From an uncultured Chloroflexia bacterium (GTDB lineage Bacteria > Chloroflexota > Anaerolineae > CG2-30-64-16), in NCBI GenBank assembly GCA_963774265.1, contig CAVZDU010000006.1, positions 288,001-352,000 of the forward strand: a stretch of DNA of 64,000 bases, in the 5' to 3' direction. The notes under the pieces are model-generated. The model saw nothing but the letters and a program-made list of their open reading frames with translations. It was not told the origin of the DNA and ran no database searches. Within the stretch, counting starts at the first letter, position 1, and every line of letters starts with the position of its first letter. Shown here in pieces: positions 19,034-28,263 of this stretch. The position numbers and the translations under genes are program-made.

Positions 19034-20551
19034 TTACCGACCGTGAGCTAGAGTTTCCTTTAGAAAGTCCAGGCGCCTGGTCACGCCCTCGGGCAGAACG
19101 AACTTTAGATCCTCGATCGAGATGGTCGCCAGCGCAACATTGAGCACGGCAAAGAGAACGACGATCGCCAGCTTGTAGACCAACCCATCAGGTTTGGTCA
19201 ACCAGAATAACGCTGCGCACAGCCAGAGCAGCAATGTCTGCTTTGCGTAATGAGTCACCGTCAGGCGGATGCCGCTTCGCCGCAGCAACCAAACCGCAAC
19301 AGGATTTGCCACGTATGAAGATGTCAGATGCGCCACAGCCGGCCCAACGAAACCTAAGCGGGGAATCAGCAAAAGATTTAGCACAACAGCTGTTACCACC
19401 CGGACGGTGTTCTGGCCCAGCGAGCGCCCAGGAGCGCCGGCTGCAGTCAAAGCATAGCCAGTCAGCATCACCACAAACGTCATGTGGAAACCCAACATGA
19501 GTAGTGCAAAGGCCACGCTGCTGGATGCGTATTTCTCCGAAAATACCAGCGTTACGATCTCCTTGCTTAACACCACTGCGCCGATGGCGACGAAAGCCCC
19601 AGCAAATGAGCACAAGCGTACCGAGTGGTCAAGCATCCAGGTAGCCTGTCTGCGCTTTCCCTCACCCAGCAAAGAAACCATCGTTGGATAGAACACCGCC
19701 GCGTACGATTGTGTCAGACGGCTGAGGGCGCTAGGGATCGTTGTTGCAACGTTGTAGAGGGCCACTCCGGTGGGTCCAATAAACGCGCCCAACAACAATA
19801 CGTCAACCCGGCTGGATACGAACCAGAGAATACGGTCTAGTTGAAGCGGAAATCCGAAACGCAGTATCTCCCTCAGTAACGAACGCTGCCACAGCAAGCG
19901 CTTTGGAATCGGTAGAACAAGGTACTGGTACGCACTGGATATGGCGAAGGAGATTACCCATGAATAGACCAGACCCATTATCCCCAGCTTGAACACAGCC
20001 AAAAAGATGATCGATAGGAGCAATCGGAATATGCTGCGAACGATCTGGGCGATGGCCATTTGCTGAAAGGTCCGGAAGCCTTGAAGAAGCGCCTGGAACA
20101 GCTCATCCAGGCTGGCGAAAGCCAGCATCACCCCAATGTAGGCAGCGTAGCGCACAAGCTCTGCCGATGGATCCACCAATCGCAGAATGTCACGTGCCAA
20201 CCAGATAATCACAGAGACAACAGCAAGGACCAAGAGGCGGAAAATCAGAGTGCTGTATGCTACTAGCGCCTGCCGGCTATGATCGCCGCCGGAGATATAC
20301 TGGGTCACCGATGTTTTGAATCCAAAATCAACGACCGTCACGAGGAAGTTCACAACTGCGGTCATGAGAACATAGATGCCATAGCTTTCCGTGGAAACTA
20401 ACCGTACAACGATCATCGTCTCCAGGAAGATAGAAATGATATTAACAACGGTGCCGAGACTCGTGAAAAAAACCCCCTGGCGAAAGCCCGATCGATGAGT
20501 CGGCGGCGGCGGCGGTTCTTCCCCGATGGCATCAGTGCTGTGGGGCATCAA
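19034..20551 (-). CDS. wzx: Wzx-type oligosaccharide flippase
   Basis: About 12-14 hydrophobic segments, YGIY and VDVLLLG..ALYNVA pattern, polysaccharide-locus context. Confidence 0.85.
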   Translation of the reverse strand: MMPHSTDAIGEEPPPPPTHRSGFRQGVFFTSLGTVVNIISIFLETMIVVRLVSTESYGIYVLMTAVVNFLVTVVDFGFKTSVTQYISGGDHSRQALVAYSTLIFRLLVLAVVSVIIWLARDILRLVDPSAELVRYAAYIGVMLAFASLDELFQALLQGFRTFQQMAIAQIVRSIFRLLLSIIFLAVFKLGIMGLVYSWVISFAISSAYQYLVLPIPKRLLWQRSLLREILRFGFPLQLDRILWFVSSRVDVLLLGAFIGPTGVALYNVATTIPSALSRLTQSYAAVFYPTMVSLLGEGKRRQATWMLDHSVRLCSFAGAFVAIGAVVLSKEIVTLVFSEKYASSSVAFALLMLGFHMTFVVMLTGYALTAAGAPGRSLGQNTVRVVTAVVLNLLLIPRLGFVGPAVAHLTSSYVANPVAVWLLRRSGIRLTVTHYAKQTLLLWLCAALFWLTKPDGLVYKLAIVVLFAVLNVALATISIEDLKFVLPEGVTRRLDFLKETLAHGR

Positions 20552-22185
20552 GAGCTCAGTCTCGCGGATGCTTTATGCGACGGCTGGAGCAGACCATTCC
20601 GGCTCTCGGCGCCATGATGGAGGCTTGCGGCTAATCCGGCCATGAGGCCGACGATCGCTGTGCTCTCTTCCTGTACGAAATGCTGGTGAAAAAAGGACCA
20701 TTGCATCAGGCCCACAGAGCCAGCCAATAGCGCCAAGGCGATCGCTCTGAGCTGCCCCTCGGATAGAGTTCTGTAGAGCCGCCCGCTGTTGATCACAAGT
20801 GCCACGCAGAACCAAATGAAACAAGCCAAGCCCGGAAGACCCATCTTGACGGCAATAAACAGGTAGCTATTGTGGAGAAACCGCGTGAAGCGTGAGATCA
20901 CCCCTGCCACCAGACTGCCTTTTGTCATCCACCCGATGGCCTCTCCTTGAAGAGTGGTGATCGCACGATAGGAATTGCCCAGACCAACGCCCATCAACGG
21001 GTGCTCAGACACAGACTGCAACCCCAGCGAAGTCTCGAAAGCACGCCACTCCAAGGAATTACTCGCCAATGCCTCCTTGGGTGCAAGGATGGAAAGGCCT
21101 CGCTGAATAAATGAGGTGGCCAATGCCGAATTGCCTATGCTTCGTCTTAGCTCGGCGCCCAATAGACCGAATAACAAACCGAAGAGCAGCAAAAGCAGCG
21201 GGATGCCTATCGCGAAGTAGCGGATCAGACGAGCTTTGTAACTCAAGAAGATGGCGATCAGGACCAGCCCCACCGCGATGGCAGCCGCAAGCCACAGAGC
21301 CCGGGTATAAGTGAGCAGGAGGCCAACGTTGAGATACACTAGCTGTAGGCCAAGGATGGCGCGCATATGCCGGCCGTGTGGAGCAAGTACCATCAGGCAG
21401 AAAGCCAAGAGCATCACGAAATAGACCAGCACGACCCCTGGCGGCATGATCCGCACCATCCCGAAGCTCCCTGCGCCACCGGTCTGCTCCACCGCGTACA
21501 ACTGCCAATTGCTGGCCGACATTGCGGCCAACAAAGGATGGTTTACCCCAAGGAACTGCTGGAGGATAATGACTCCGGCTATAAGGTCCGCAATGATGAA
21601 CATGCCGATGAGCACGGTTGTTAGTTGGCGTCTGGTTGTGACGGCCCAACCAGTCACAAAAAAAACGCAGTAGTAAGCCAGGGCGCGGAGTTCGTTGAAT
21701 GCCCAGTTCAATTCCACATGCTGATAGGTCAGTGCGTATAAAGTCGAGAAGACGGCAAGACCCAGGAAAACAAGCAGCGGGGTACTAACAGGCAACCATG
21801 GTACTGACAGAGTCTTGCGGATCAGCCCTCGCAGGATCAAGAGTCCTAGCATCCCGATAAAAACCAGATCGCGGAACTCCAACCCACCACCGATCGAAAG
21901 ACGTAAGTCAATGATGTCGGTTGGAACAAGGCTGGACGTCAGGAAGATAATCGCCAGCAGCCCAAACTCAGGCCGGCGCCAGAGCAGCAAAAAAAGGGGT
22001 ATCCCCAAGCTGAGAAAGGCCAGGCCATAAGCAGTCAGTGAGGGGGCGAAATATGCTCCGGCTGCCAAGACCGCCAAGACAAGGACGCAAATCAAGGTCC
22101 TCACGGTGTTGGGTGCGCGGTAAAACGTGGCCGGAAACGGTGTCCCGGCCCCGCTTGATTTGCTTGAGAATTCGGCCTGTTGCAC
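20548..22185 (-). CDS. wzy: Wzy polymerase / O-antigen ligase-family protein
   Basis: Polytopic membrane protein with TYTRALW, HPLMGVGLG and HNSYL..KMGLPG (Wzy_C-like) motifs. Confidence 0.8.
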   Translation of the reverse strand: MQQAEFSSKSSGAGTPFPATFYRAPNTVRTLICVLVLAVLAAGAYFAPSLTAYGLAFLSLGIPLFLLLWRRPEFGLLAIIFLTSSLVPTDIIDLRLSIGGGLEFRDLVFIGMLGLLILRGLIRKTLSVPWLPVSTPLLVFLGLAVFSTLYALTYQHVELNWAFNELRALAYYCVFFVTGWAVTTRRQLTTVLIGMFIIADLIAGVIILQQFLGVNHPLLAAMSASNWQLYAVEQTGGAGSFGMVRIMPPGVVLVYFVMLLAFCLMVLAPHGRHMRAILGLQLVYLNVGLLLTYTRALWLAAAIAVGLVLIAIFLSYKARLIRYFAIGIPLLLLLFGLLFGLLGAELRRSIGNSALATSFIQRGLSILAPKEALASNSLEWRAFETSLGLQSVSEHPLMGVGLGNSYRAITTLQGEAIGWMTKGSLVAGVISRFTRFLHNSYLFIAVKMGLPGLACFIWFCVALVINSGRLYRTLSEGQLRAIALALLAGSVGLMQWSFFHQHFVQEESTAIVGLMAGLAASLHHGAESRNGLLQPSHKASARLSS

Positions 22186-22242
22186 GTCAGTTGCCCTACT
22201 TCACGCTGTCTCTTACTGATCTTCCATCAAGGATGTCATAGG

Positions 22243-23412
22243 CTACCGATTTTGACGGAGTCTCCAGGATGGCATGGAAGGGAGCTCCGCTTGCCCTTCG
22301 GGCGTCAACGCTTCACGCTTTCGAGCCGGCGTAGCAACGCCCGCTGTTTTGAAACCGGAAAGGTACTCCAGCAAAAAAGCCAGCGCCACACCCAGGCCCA
22401 AACTGCCGACCAAAGCGAGCACCGCCAGCATGGGCCAGTTAGCATCAGGCTCAGATGGCGGGTACGCAGGCTTGATGACCTGGATGAAGTTGGCAGCCTG
22501 AATCGCAGTGACCTTTACCTCCGCCTCGCCATATTTGCTGAGGAGATGTTGATAAGTGGCGCGTGCCTGCTCCGCCTTCTGTACCAGGACGTTGTACTGA
22601 GGGGCCAGAGCCGAGAATTGATCCAGCTCTTTCTGGCGCTGGGCAATCAGTTTGTCAACCTCGCCTACAGGATCGATGATCGCAGTGGTGATAGCCGAAG
22701 TAGTGGTGATAGCCGAAGTAGTAGTGATAGCCGAAGTAGTAGTGATAGCCGAAGTAGTAGTGTCTTGGGTCGCCGCTTCCAACAAGCGCTCATCGCGTCT
22801 CAACTGCAGTTGTTGGAGGAGCACTTGCTGCGTGGATAACTGACTTTCGAGTGAGTAGATGCCGTTCTGGTTCCGGAAATCACCCAGGGCCATCTCAGCA
22901 GTGTGGAACTCTTCCTCGGCAACCCGCAGCTGTCCGGCCAAGAGCGCCATCTCCGCCTTAGTCGCCTGAGCACGCAACTCGCCGTAGTAGGCGATAGCGA
23001 CGGGGATGTGAGCGTTGGCAATCTCCGCTGCCAGACTGGGCGTCCGTGCTTTGACAGTAACATCGACGAAATCCGCGTCGGTGACGGACTCGCCCTTCAG
23101 ATCATAGTCAGCATCTTTGCCCTTCAAACCGAGCTGGCTAACGGTACGTGCGAATACCTCCTCACTCTGCAACAACTCAACGAAGTTGTTGATGGCAACG
23201 GTGATCTCGTCGCGCAGGCCGATGGAGCGGTACTCGTCGTATAACGCCACTTCCTCGCGCTGTGGCGTTGATATCTGCAGCCTGAGGGTAGCGGTGTAAA
23301 CTGGTTCAGCGGCGCGCGTGCCCAACCACAGTCCTAGCTCAGTCACCACCACCACGGCCACGATCAGCCAAAACCAGCGCCGCATGGCTCGCAGTATATC
23401 GATCAGTTCCAT
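22243..23412 (-). CDS. Wzz/GumC-like polysaccharide copolymerase (chain-length determinant)
   Basis: MELIDILRAMRRWFWLI N-terminal TM, PVYTAT, coiled coil, C-terminal VIKPAYPP..TM..FLLEYL. No tyrosine kinase domain. Confidence 0.85.
   Translation of the reverse strand: MELIDILRAMRRWFWLIVAVVVVTELGLWLGTRAAEPVYTATLRLQISTPQREEVALYDEYRSIGLRDEITVAINNFVELLQSEEVFARTVSQLGLKGKDADYDLKGESVTDADFVDVTVKARTPSLAAEIANAHIPVAIAYYGELRAQATKAEMALLAGQLRVAEEEFHTAEMALGDFRNQNGIYSLESQLSTQQVLLQQLQLRRDERLLEAATQDTTTSAITTTSAITTTSAITTTSAITTAIIDPVGEVDKLIAQRQKELDQFSALAPQYNVLVQKAEQARATYQHLLSKYGEAEVKVTAIQAANFIQVIKPAYPPSEPDANWPMLAVLALVGSLGLGVALAFLLEYLSGFKTAGVATPARKREALTPEGQAELPSMPSWRLRQNR
22684..22762. repeat. In-frame 18-bp tandem repeat (~4.4 copies; encodes TTTSAI)
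   Basis: AGT(G/A)GTGATAGCCGAAGT repeated inside the Wzz coiled coil. Confidence 0.95.
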
Positions 23413-23449
23413 ATTCTGTCTCTCCTTCGGCAGACCACTTCGGTTCAAA

Positions 23450-24549
23450 CTAGCCGAGAAGGCTCATTCGTCCATGGATGAAGCTGATTTGCTCATCGTT
23501 CAATTCCGGATACATAGGCAGCGAAAGGATTTCCTCGACAATACGCTCGGTTACGGGCAGATCGCCGGCCTGGTAGCCGAGGTACGCCATCGCTTTCTGC
23601 AGGTGCACGGGCACGGGGTAGTGGATGCCGCTTCCAATCCCATGTTCTTTCAGATACGCCTGAATCCGGTCGCGGTCAGACACCCGGATCACATACAGAT
23701 GATACACATGCCGGTTGCCGGAGCGCTCCACCGGGGTGGTCACCGGGAGGCCGTTCAGTAGCTCATTGTAGCGCGCCGCGTGCGAACGCCGCGCCTCGTT
23801 CCACGCCTCCAGGTGCGGCAGCTTGGCGCGCAGCACCACCGCCTGCAGCTCGTCGAGGCGCGCGTTCCAGCCGATCAGGTCGTGGTAGTAACGGCGCTCG
23901 GAACCGTGGTCCCGGATCATGCGGACCTTGTGCGCCAGATCGTCGTCGTTCGTCGTGATGAAACCGCCCTCACCGTAAGCTCCCAGGTTCTTGGAGAAGT
24001 AGAAGCTGAAGGCCGCGGCATCGCCCAGGCCGCCCGCGCGCCGGCCCTTGTACTCGGCGCCGTGCGCCTGACAGGCGTCCTCGATCACTTTCAGGCCGTG
24101 ACGGCCCGCCAATTCCATCAGGGGATCCATGTCAACGGTCTGACCGTAGAGGTGCACCGGCATGATGGCCTTCGTATGAGGGGTGATTCTCGCCTCGATC
24201 TGCTGGACGTCCATCAGATAGGTGTCGGGATCGATATCCACGAAGACCGGGCGCGCGCCGGCCAGGATGATGGCCTCGGCCGTGGCGATGAAAGTGTGCG
24301 AGACGGTGATCACCTCGTCACCTGCCCCAATGCCCATCGCGCGAAGAATGACTGTGTAGCGCTGTGGTGCCGTCACTCACGCCGATTCCGTGCTTCACGC
24401 CGCAGAACTGCGCGAACTCTTTCTCGAAAGCCTGGACGTTGTCGACCCAGAAAGAGGTGCATGCCCTCCAGCGCCTGCTCCATGCCGGCAATGATCTCAT
24501 CTTTGAGTGGTTGGTATTGGGCGCCCAGGTCGACCAATGGGATGTTCAT
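23450..24549 (-). CDS. DegT/DnrJ/EryC1/StrS sugar aminotransferase (frameshifted near 24350-24460, probably sequencing error)
   Basis: Start MNIPLVDLGAQY at 24549. PVHLYGQ, IEDACQAHG, FSFYFSKNLGAYGEGG and NARLDELQA are spread across frames. Confidence 0.88.
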
Positions 24550-25049
24550 CCTGCCTCTCCTTTGGGTTCGTCAATCCAGCGAATGATGCGTGCGGGATTT
24601 CCCGCGACAATCGTGCGCGCTGGCACGTCGTGCGTGACAACAGCGCCGGCGCCGACAATCGCCCCTTCACCAATGGTCACGCCGCACAGGATCGTGGCAT
24701 TGCTGCCGATCGACGCGCCATGCTTGACCAGGGTCGGCACCACCTGCCAATCTGCCTCGGTTTGCAGCACACCGCTGTCAGTCGCTGCGCGTGGGTATCG
24801 ATCGTTGATGAACATCACGCCGTGGCCGATAAATACCTCGTCCTCGATGGTGACCCCTTCGCAGATGAAGGTGTGGCTCGATATTTTGACTCGCCGACCG
24901 ATCCTGGCTCCCTTCTGGATCTCCACGAACGTGCCGATCTTGCTCTCGTCGCCCACTTCGCAGCCATAGAGGTTGACGAAGGCATACACCTTAACGTCGC
25001 GCCCAAGCTTGACGTCGGACGCTATGCGGATGGTTGGGTTCTCGCTCAC
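24546..25049 (-). CDS. Hexapeptide-repeat N-acetyltransferase (WbpD/WxcM-like)
   Basis: KISSHTFICEGVTIEDEVFIGHGVMFINDRYPRA and IGSNATIL..VGAGAVVT..VAGNPAR motifs. Confidence 0.9.
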   Translation of the reverse strand: MSENPTIRIASDVKLGRDVKVYAFVNLYGCEVGDESKIGTFVEIQKGARIGRRVKISSHTFICEGVTIEDEVFIGHGVMFINDRYPRAATDSGVLQTEADWQVVPTLVKHGASIGSNATILCGVTIGEGAIVGAGAVVTHDVPARTIVAGNPARIIRWIDEPKGEAG

Positions 25050-26060
25050 AGGTCGATGTTCTCCCGGCCGCCGTTATTCAACAGCGACTTTTGGGCCGCT
25101 TCGAGAATGCGCACCACCTTCGTGCCCATCCAGGCATCGCTGCAGGCCGGACGGCCGGTCTCGATATAATCTACGAATGCCTGGCATTCGAGTCGAAGCG
25201 GCTCTTGCCAGGGCACCGGCACGGAGGTCTCGGCCCCATGGCGATACGACATGTGGAATTGCTCCGGCGTATCCGAGTAGGGCGGGACTTCCACCCCGTT
25301 GTCGAAGAGCCGCACCTTATCGTTCGCGATGTCATCATAGACCAGCATCTTGCGACTGCCGACGACCGTGATGCTGCGCTGCTTCACGGGGTCGAGCCAC
25401 GACACCCGTACGTTGGCGAGGATATGGGAAGGGAAATAGAAGGTTAGATAGGCCACCTCGTGAAGAACCTTGCGGCGTTGAATGTACGCCTGCCCGCTCG
25501 CACTGACCTGGAAGGGATCGGTCCCCAGGATGTGCAAGCAGGATCGACACATCGTGCGGGGCCAGGTCCCACATGACGTTGACGTCGGGTTGCAGCAGGC
25601 CCAGGTTGGCGCGGGTGGCGTTGATGTTGTAGATTTGGCCGAGTTCTCCATCGCGGATCAGGTCACGCACGACATTGACGGCCGGGTTATACTGGAAGGT
25701 ATGACCGACCATTGCAGCCAGGTGCAGACGGTCGGCCGTCTCGGCGATGTCCATCGCCTCGGACATGGACGCCGCCAGCGGTTTCTCGACCATCACGTGC
25801 TTGCCTGCGCGCAGAGCGGCCATAGCGAGTGGGTGATGAGTGGATACGGGAGTGGCTATGACAACTGCATCCACACCCGACGCCAGCAACTCCCGGTAGT
25901 CCCGCGTTGCCTGGGTCCCGGCGTAGAGGCTTGTCACGTGATCTAGCCGCGACTGGTCCAGGTCGCAGACCCAGGAGAGATGCGTGCTCGGCAATTCATA
26001 GAAGTTGCGGGCCAACTTGGGGCCCCAATAGCCGAGGCCCACCACACCCACTGTTATCAT
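25046..26060 (-). CDS. Gfo/Idh/MocA oxidoreductase (frameshift near 25540)
   Basis: VGVVGLGYWG, IATPVSTHH, HVMVEKP and WDLAPHDVSI. C-terminal half (SWLDPVKQR, EPLRLEC) continues in ORF 25046..25651. Confidence 0.88.
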
Positions 26061-26115
26061 GTTCCGAATCTCCTTTCCAAGGGGCTGCGCCGGGTCCCGC
26101 AGCCAGGATCCCCTG

Positions 26116-26871
26116 TCACCCGGCTCCGTCGCCCACGGCATCCTTGGCGACCGCCAGGGGAGTCAGTAGCAGAATCTGCAGGTCCAACCCGAATGACATG
26201 TGTTCGATATAGTATAAATCTATCCGCACCATTTCATCGAATGGGACCCGGTTTCTTGCTTTGACCTGCCAGAGACCGGTGATTCCCGGGATGGCTGACA
26301 GCCGGCCTTTGTGCCAGTCCTCGTAGAGCTCGACCTCGTACGAGAGAGCAGGCCGGGGCCCGACCAGGCTCATGTCTCCCTTGAGAACGTTGATCAACTG
26401 CGGTAGTTCGTCCAAGCTCGTCTTACGCAGGATGCGCCCTACTTCAGTGATGCGGCGGTCGCCCTGCATCTTCAAGCTGTCATAGGATGCGCTCGGTACG
26501 GTCTTGTTCCGGATGACTTCAGCCATATACTCGCGATGGCGATCGGGGTCAGCGTCGGAGTGCATCGAACGAAACTTGTACATCTTGAACAGCCGCGGGG
26601 TTCCCGTTCGGGCATCATAACCAACCCGCTCCTGTGCGAACAGCGCCGACCCTGGTGAATAGGCTCTGATAAGCACCGCGATCAACGCGAGTAACGGTGC
26701 GAGCACCACCAGTGATGTAAGGGCTACGATCATGTCGATACCCCGCTTCACGACCGGGTAAAGCCGGCGGCCGCGGGTCAGGGTTCCAGATGGTGCATAA
26801 CTTTGGGAAGTCGAGATAAAGCCCTTCGGATCAACACCCATCGACAATTGGATCGCCTCCTTCATCGTCAC
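26116..26871 (-). CDS. Second small phosphoglycosyl transferase (Bac_transf)
   Basis: KRGID, MYKFRSM and [27 protein letters not shown] motifs. Confidence 0.92.
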   Translation of the reverse strand: MTMKEAIQLSMGVDPKGFISTSQSYAPSGTLTRGRRLYPVVKRGIDMIVALTSLVVLAPLLALIAVLIRAYSPGSALFAQERVGYDARTGTPRLFKMYKFRSMHSDADPDRHREYMAEVIRNKTVPSASYDSLKMQGDRRITEVGRILRKTSLDELPQLINVLKGDMSLVGPRPALSYEVELYEDWHKGRLSAIPGITGLWQVKARNRVPFDEMVRIDLYYIEHMSFGLDLQILLLTPLAVAKDAVGDGAG

Positions 26872-27082
26872 ACATCGTCACAACCTTTTTCAGGGACACA
26901 GCAGGCCTACCCGTCCGCTCTGAGCCCGATCTCTAGCCGGGCTTCCAAGCATGCTCCGAGGTCGGTCGCCGCGCTCCGCCCGGCGGCCGATCTACCCCGG
27001 CGCATGTTATACACTGGCGATGCGCTGGAGCCAAAGCTACAACAAACGCACCGATTTGCCACGATCCGACGGCGAGACGTAA

Positions 27083-27445
27083 CTATCGCCCCTCTACGCC
27101 GGCGTGTTTGTGCTGTCCGTCCTCTGCCAAAAGGACCTGCAAAAGATCGTCCACGGTCGCAAGGCGAGCGGCCTCGCCAGAGAGCAGGTACATTTGTTGG
27201 GTTGCCAGATCGAAGCCAACCAGCTTCAGATCAAGGTGGGTCAGCAACTCGAGGACGGGCCGATCCGGCAGGTCCATCGCCATGTCAAAAATCACTGCAT
27301 CCGGCGCCAAGACAGGCACATTGTTGAGGTAATCGACCGGGGGACACTCGAAACGCAATAGTTCTAATCCCGGGACGGCTGCAAGTGCAGCAGCGACGCT
27401 GTCGATCGCGATCGACGTTCCCAACAGAGCGATCCTTCGATTCAT
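27083..27445 (-). CDS. Small hypothetical protein, degenerate receiver-like fold
   Basis: 120-aa ORF with RBS GGGGG and a PDAVIFD motif resembling receiver strand beta3. Confidence 0.55.
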   Translation of the reverse strand: MNRRIALLGTSIAIDSVAAALAAVPGLELLRFECPPVDYLNNVPVLAPDAVIFDMAMDLPDRPVLELLTHLDLKLVGFDLATQQMYLLSGEAARLATVDDLLQVLLAEDGQHKHAGVEGR

Positions 27446-27553
27446 CGTGACCCCCTTCGGAGAACAAGCGCATTTTCACTCATCTAAGCATACCCTATTC
27501 AGCGCGGGTGTCACTGTCCGCAGGCGCGGCACAAGGACAGTGGCCGGGGGCGA

Positions 27554-27596
27554 AAAAGTGCAGTCAGCAGGGGACAAAAGTACAGTCTGAGGAGAC
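27554..27596. promoter_or_regulatory. Imperfect ~22-bp direct repeat, candidate response-regulator binding site
   Basis: AAAAGTGCAGTCAGCAGGGGAC followed directly by AAAAGTACAGTCTGAGGAGAC, upstream (minus strand) of the 27445 gene and the polysaccharide genes. Confidence 0.45.
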
Positions 27597-27615
27597 ACCG
27601 AGCCACCCACCGCGC

Positions 27616-28263
27616 TCAGCTCCGGCGGTCGAGTCCACGAGCGCGGGCATACGCCACAGCCTCGCTGCGATTCTTGAGATGCAAGTCGGCAAGGATTTCG
27701 CCCATATGGTATTTCACGGTCCGCTCGGCCAGGCCCAATTGGATGCCGACCTCTTTGTAGGTAAGACCGTGACAGATCAGCGTCAAAATCTGTATCTGCC
27801 TGGGAGAGAGGTGGCCGTCTCCTTCGCCTTCGGGATTGGACCACTCGACGAGGCGCGAAAACTCGCCCATCACCCGCCTGACCAAACCAGGCGCCAAGGC
27901 CACCTCGCCACGGCCAAGCTCTGCCAGCGAAGAAAAGAAAGTTTCAGTATTTTGCGTTTTGACCAGGTAGCCGGAAGCCCCAACGCGGATCGCCTCGAAC
28001 AGATCCTCGTCGTCGGCCGATGCGGTGAGTATCACAACTCGAACCTCGGGAAATTCGGCCTTCACGAGGCGCGTTCCGTCCAGGCCGTTGCAGTTAGGCA
28101 TCTGGATGTCCATCAGCACCAAGTCCGGGTGCAATGCACGGACCTGCGCCAATGCCTCGAATCCATCACGCGCCGTGCCTACAACCTCAAGCCCGCGGCC
28201 GGTCAAGAGGTTGCGAAGACCCTCCAAAAACAGGGGATGGTCATCCACGAGAAGCAGTCGCAT
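27616..28263 (-). CDS. NarL/LuxR-family response regulator
   Basis: LLVDDH, PDLVLMDIQMP, GASGYLVK and LSPRQ..AERTVKYH HTH. Confidence 0.95.
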   Translation of the reverse strand: MRLLLVDDHPLFLEGLRNLLTGRGLEVVGTARDGFEALAQVRALHPDLVLMDIQMPNCNGLDGTRLVKAEFPEVRVVILTASADDEDLFEAIRVGASGYLVKTQNTETFFSSLAELGRGEVALAPGLVRRVMGEFSRLVEWSNPEGEGDGHLSPRQIQILTLICHGLTYKEVGIQLGLAERTVKYHMGEILADLHLKNRSEAVAYARARGLDRRS

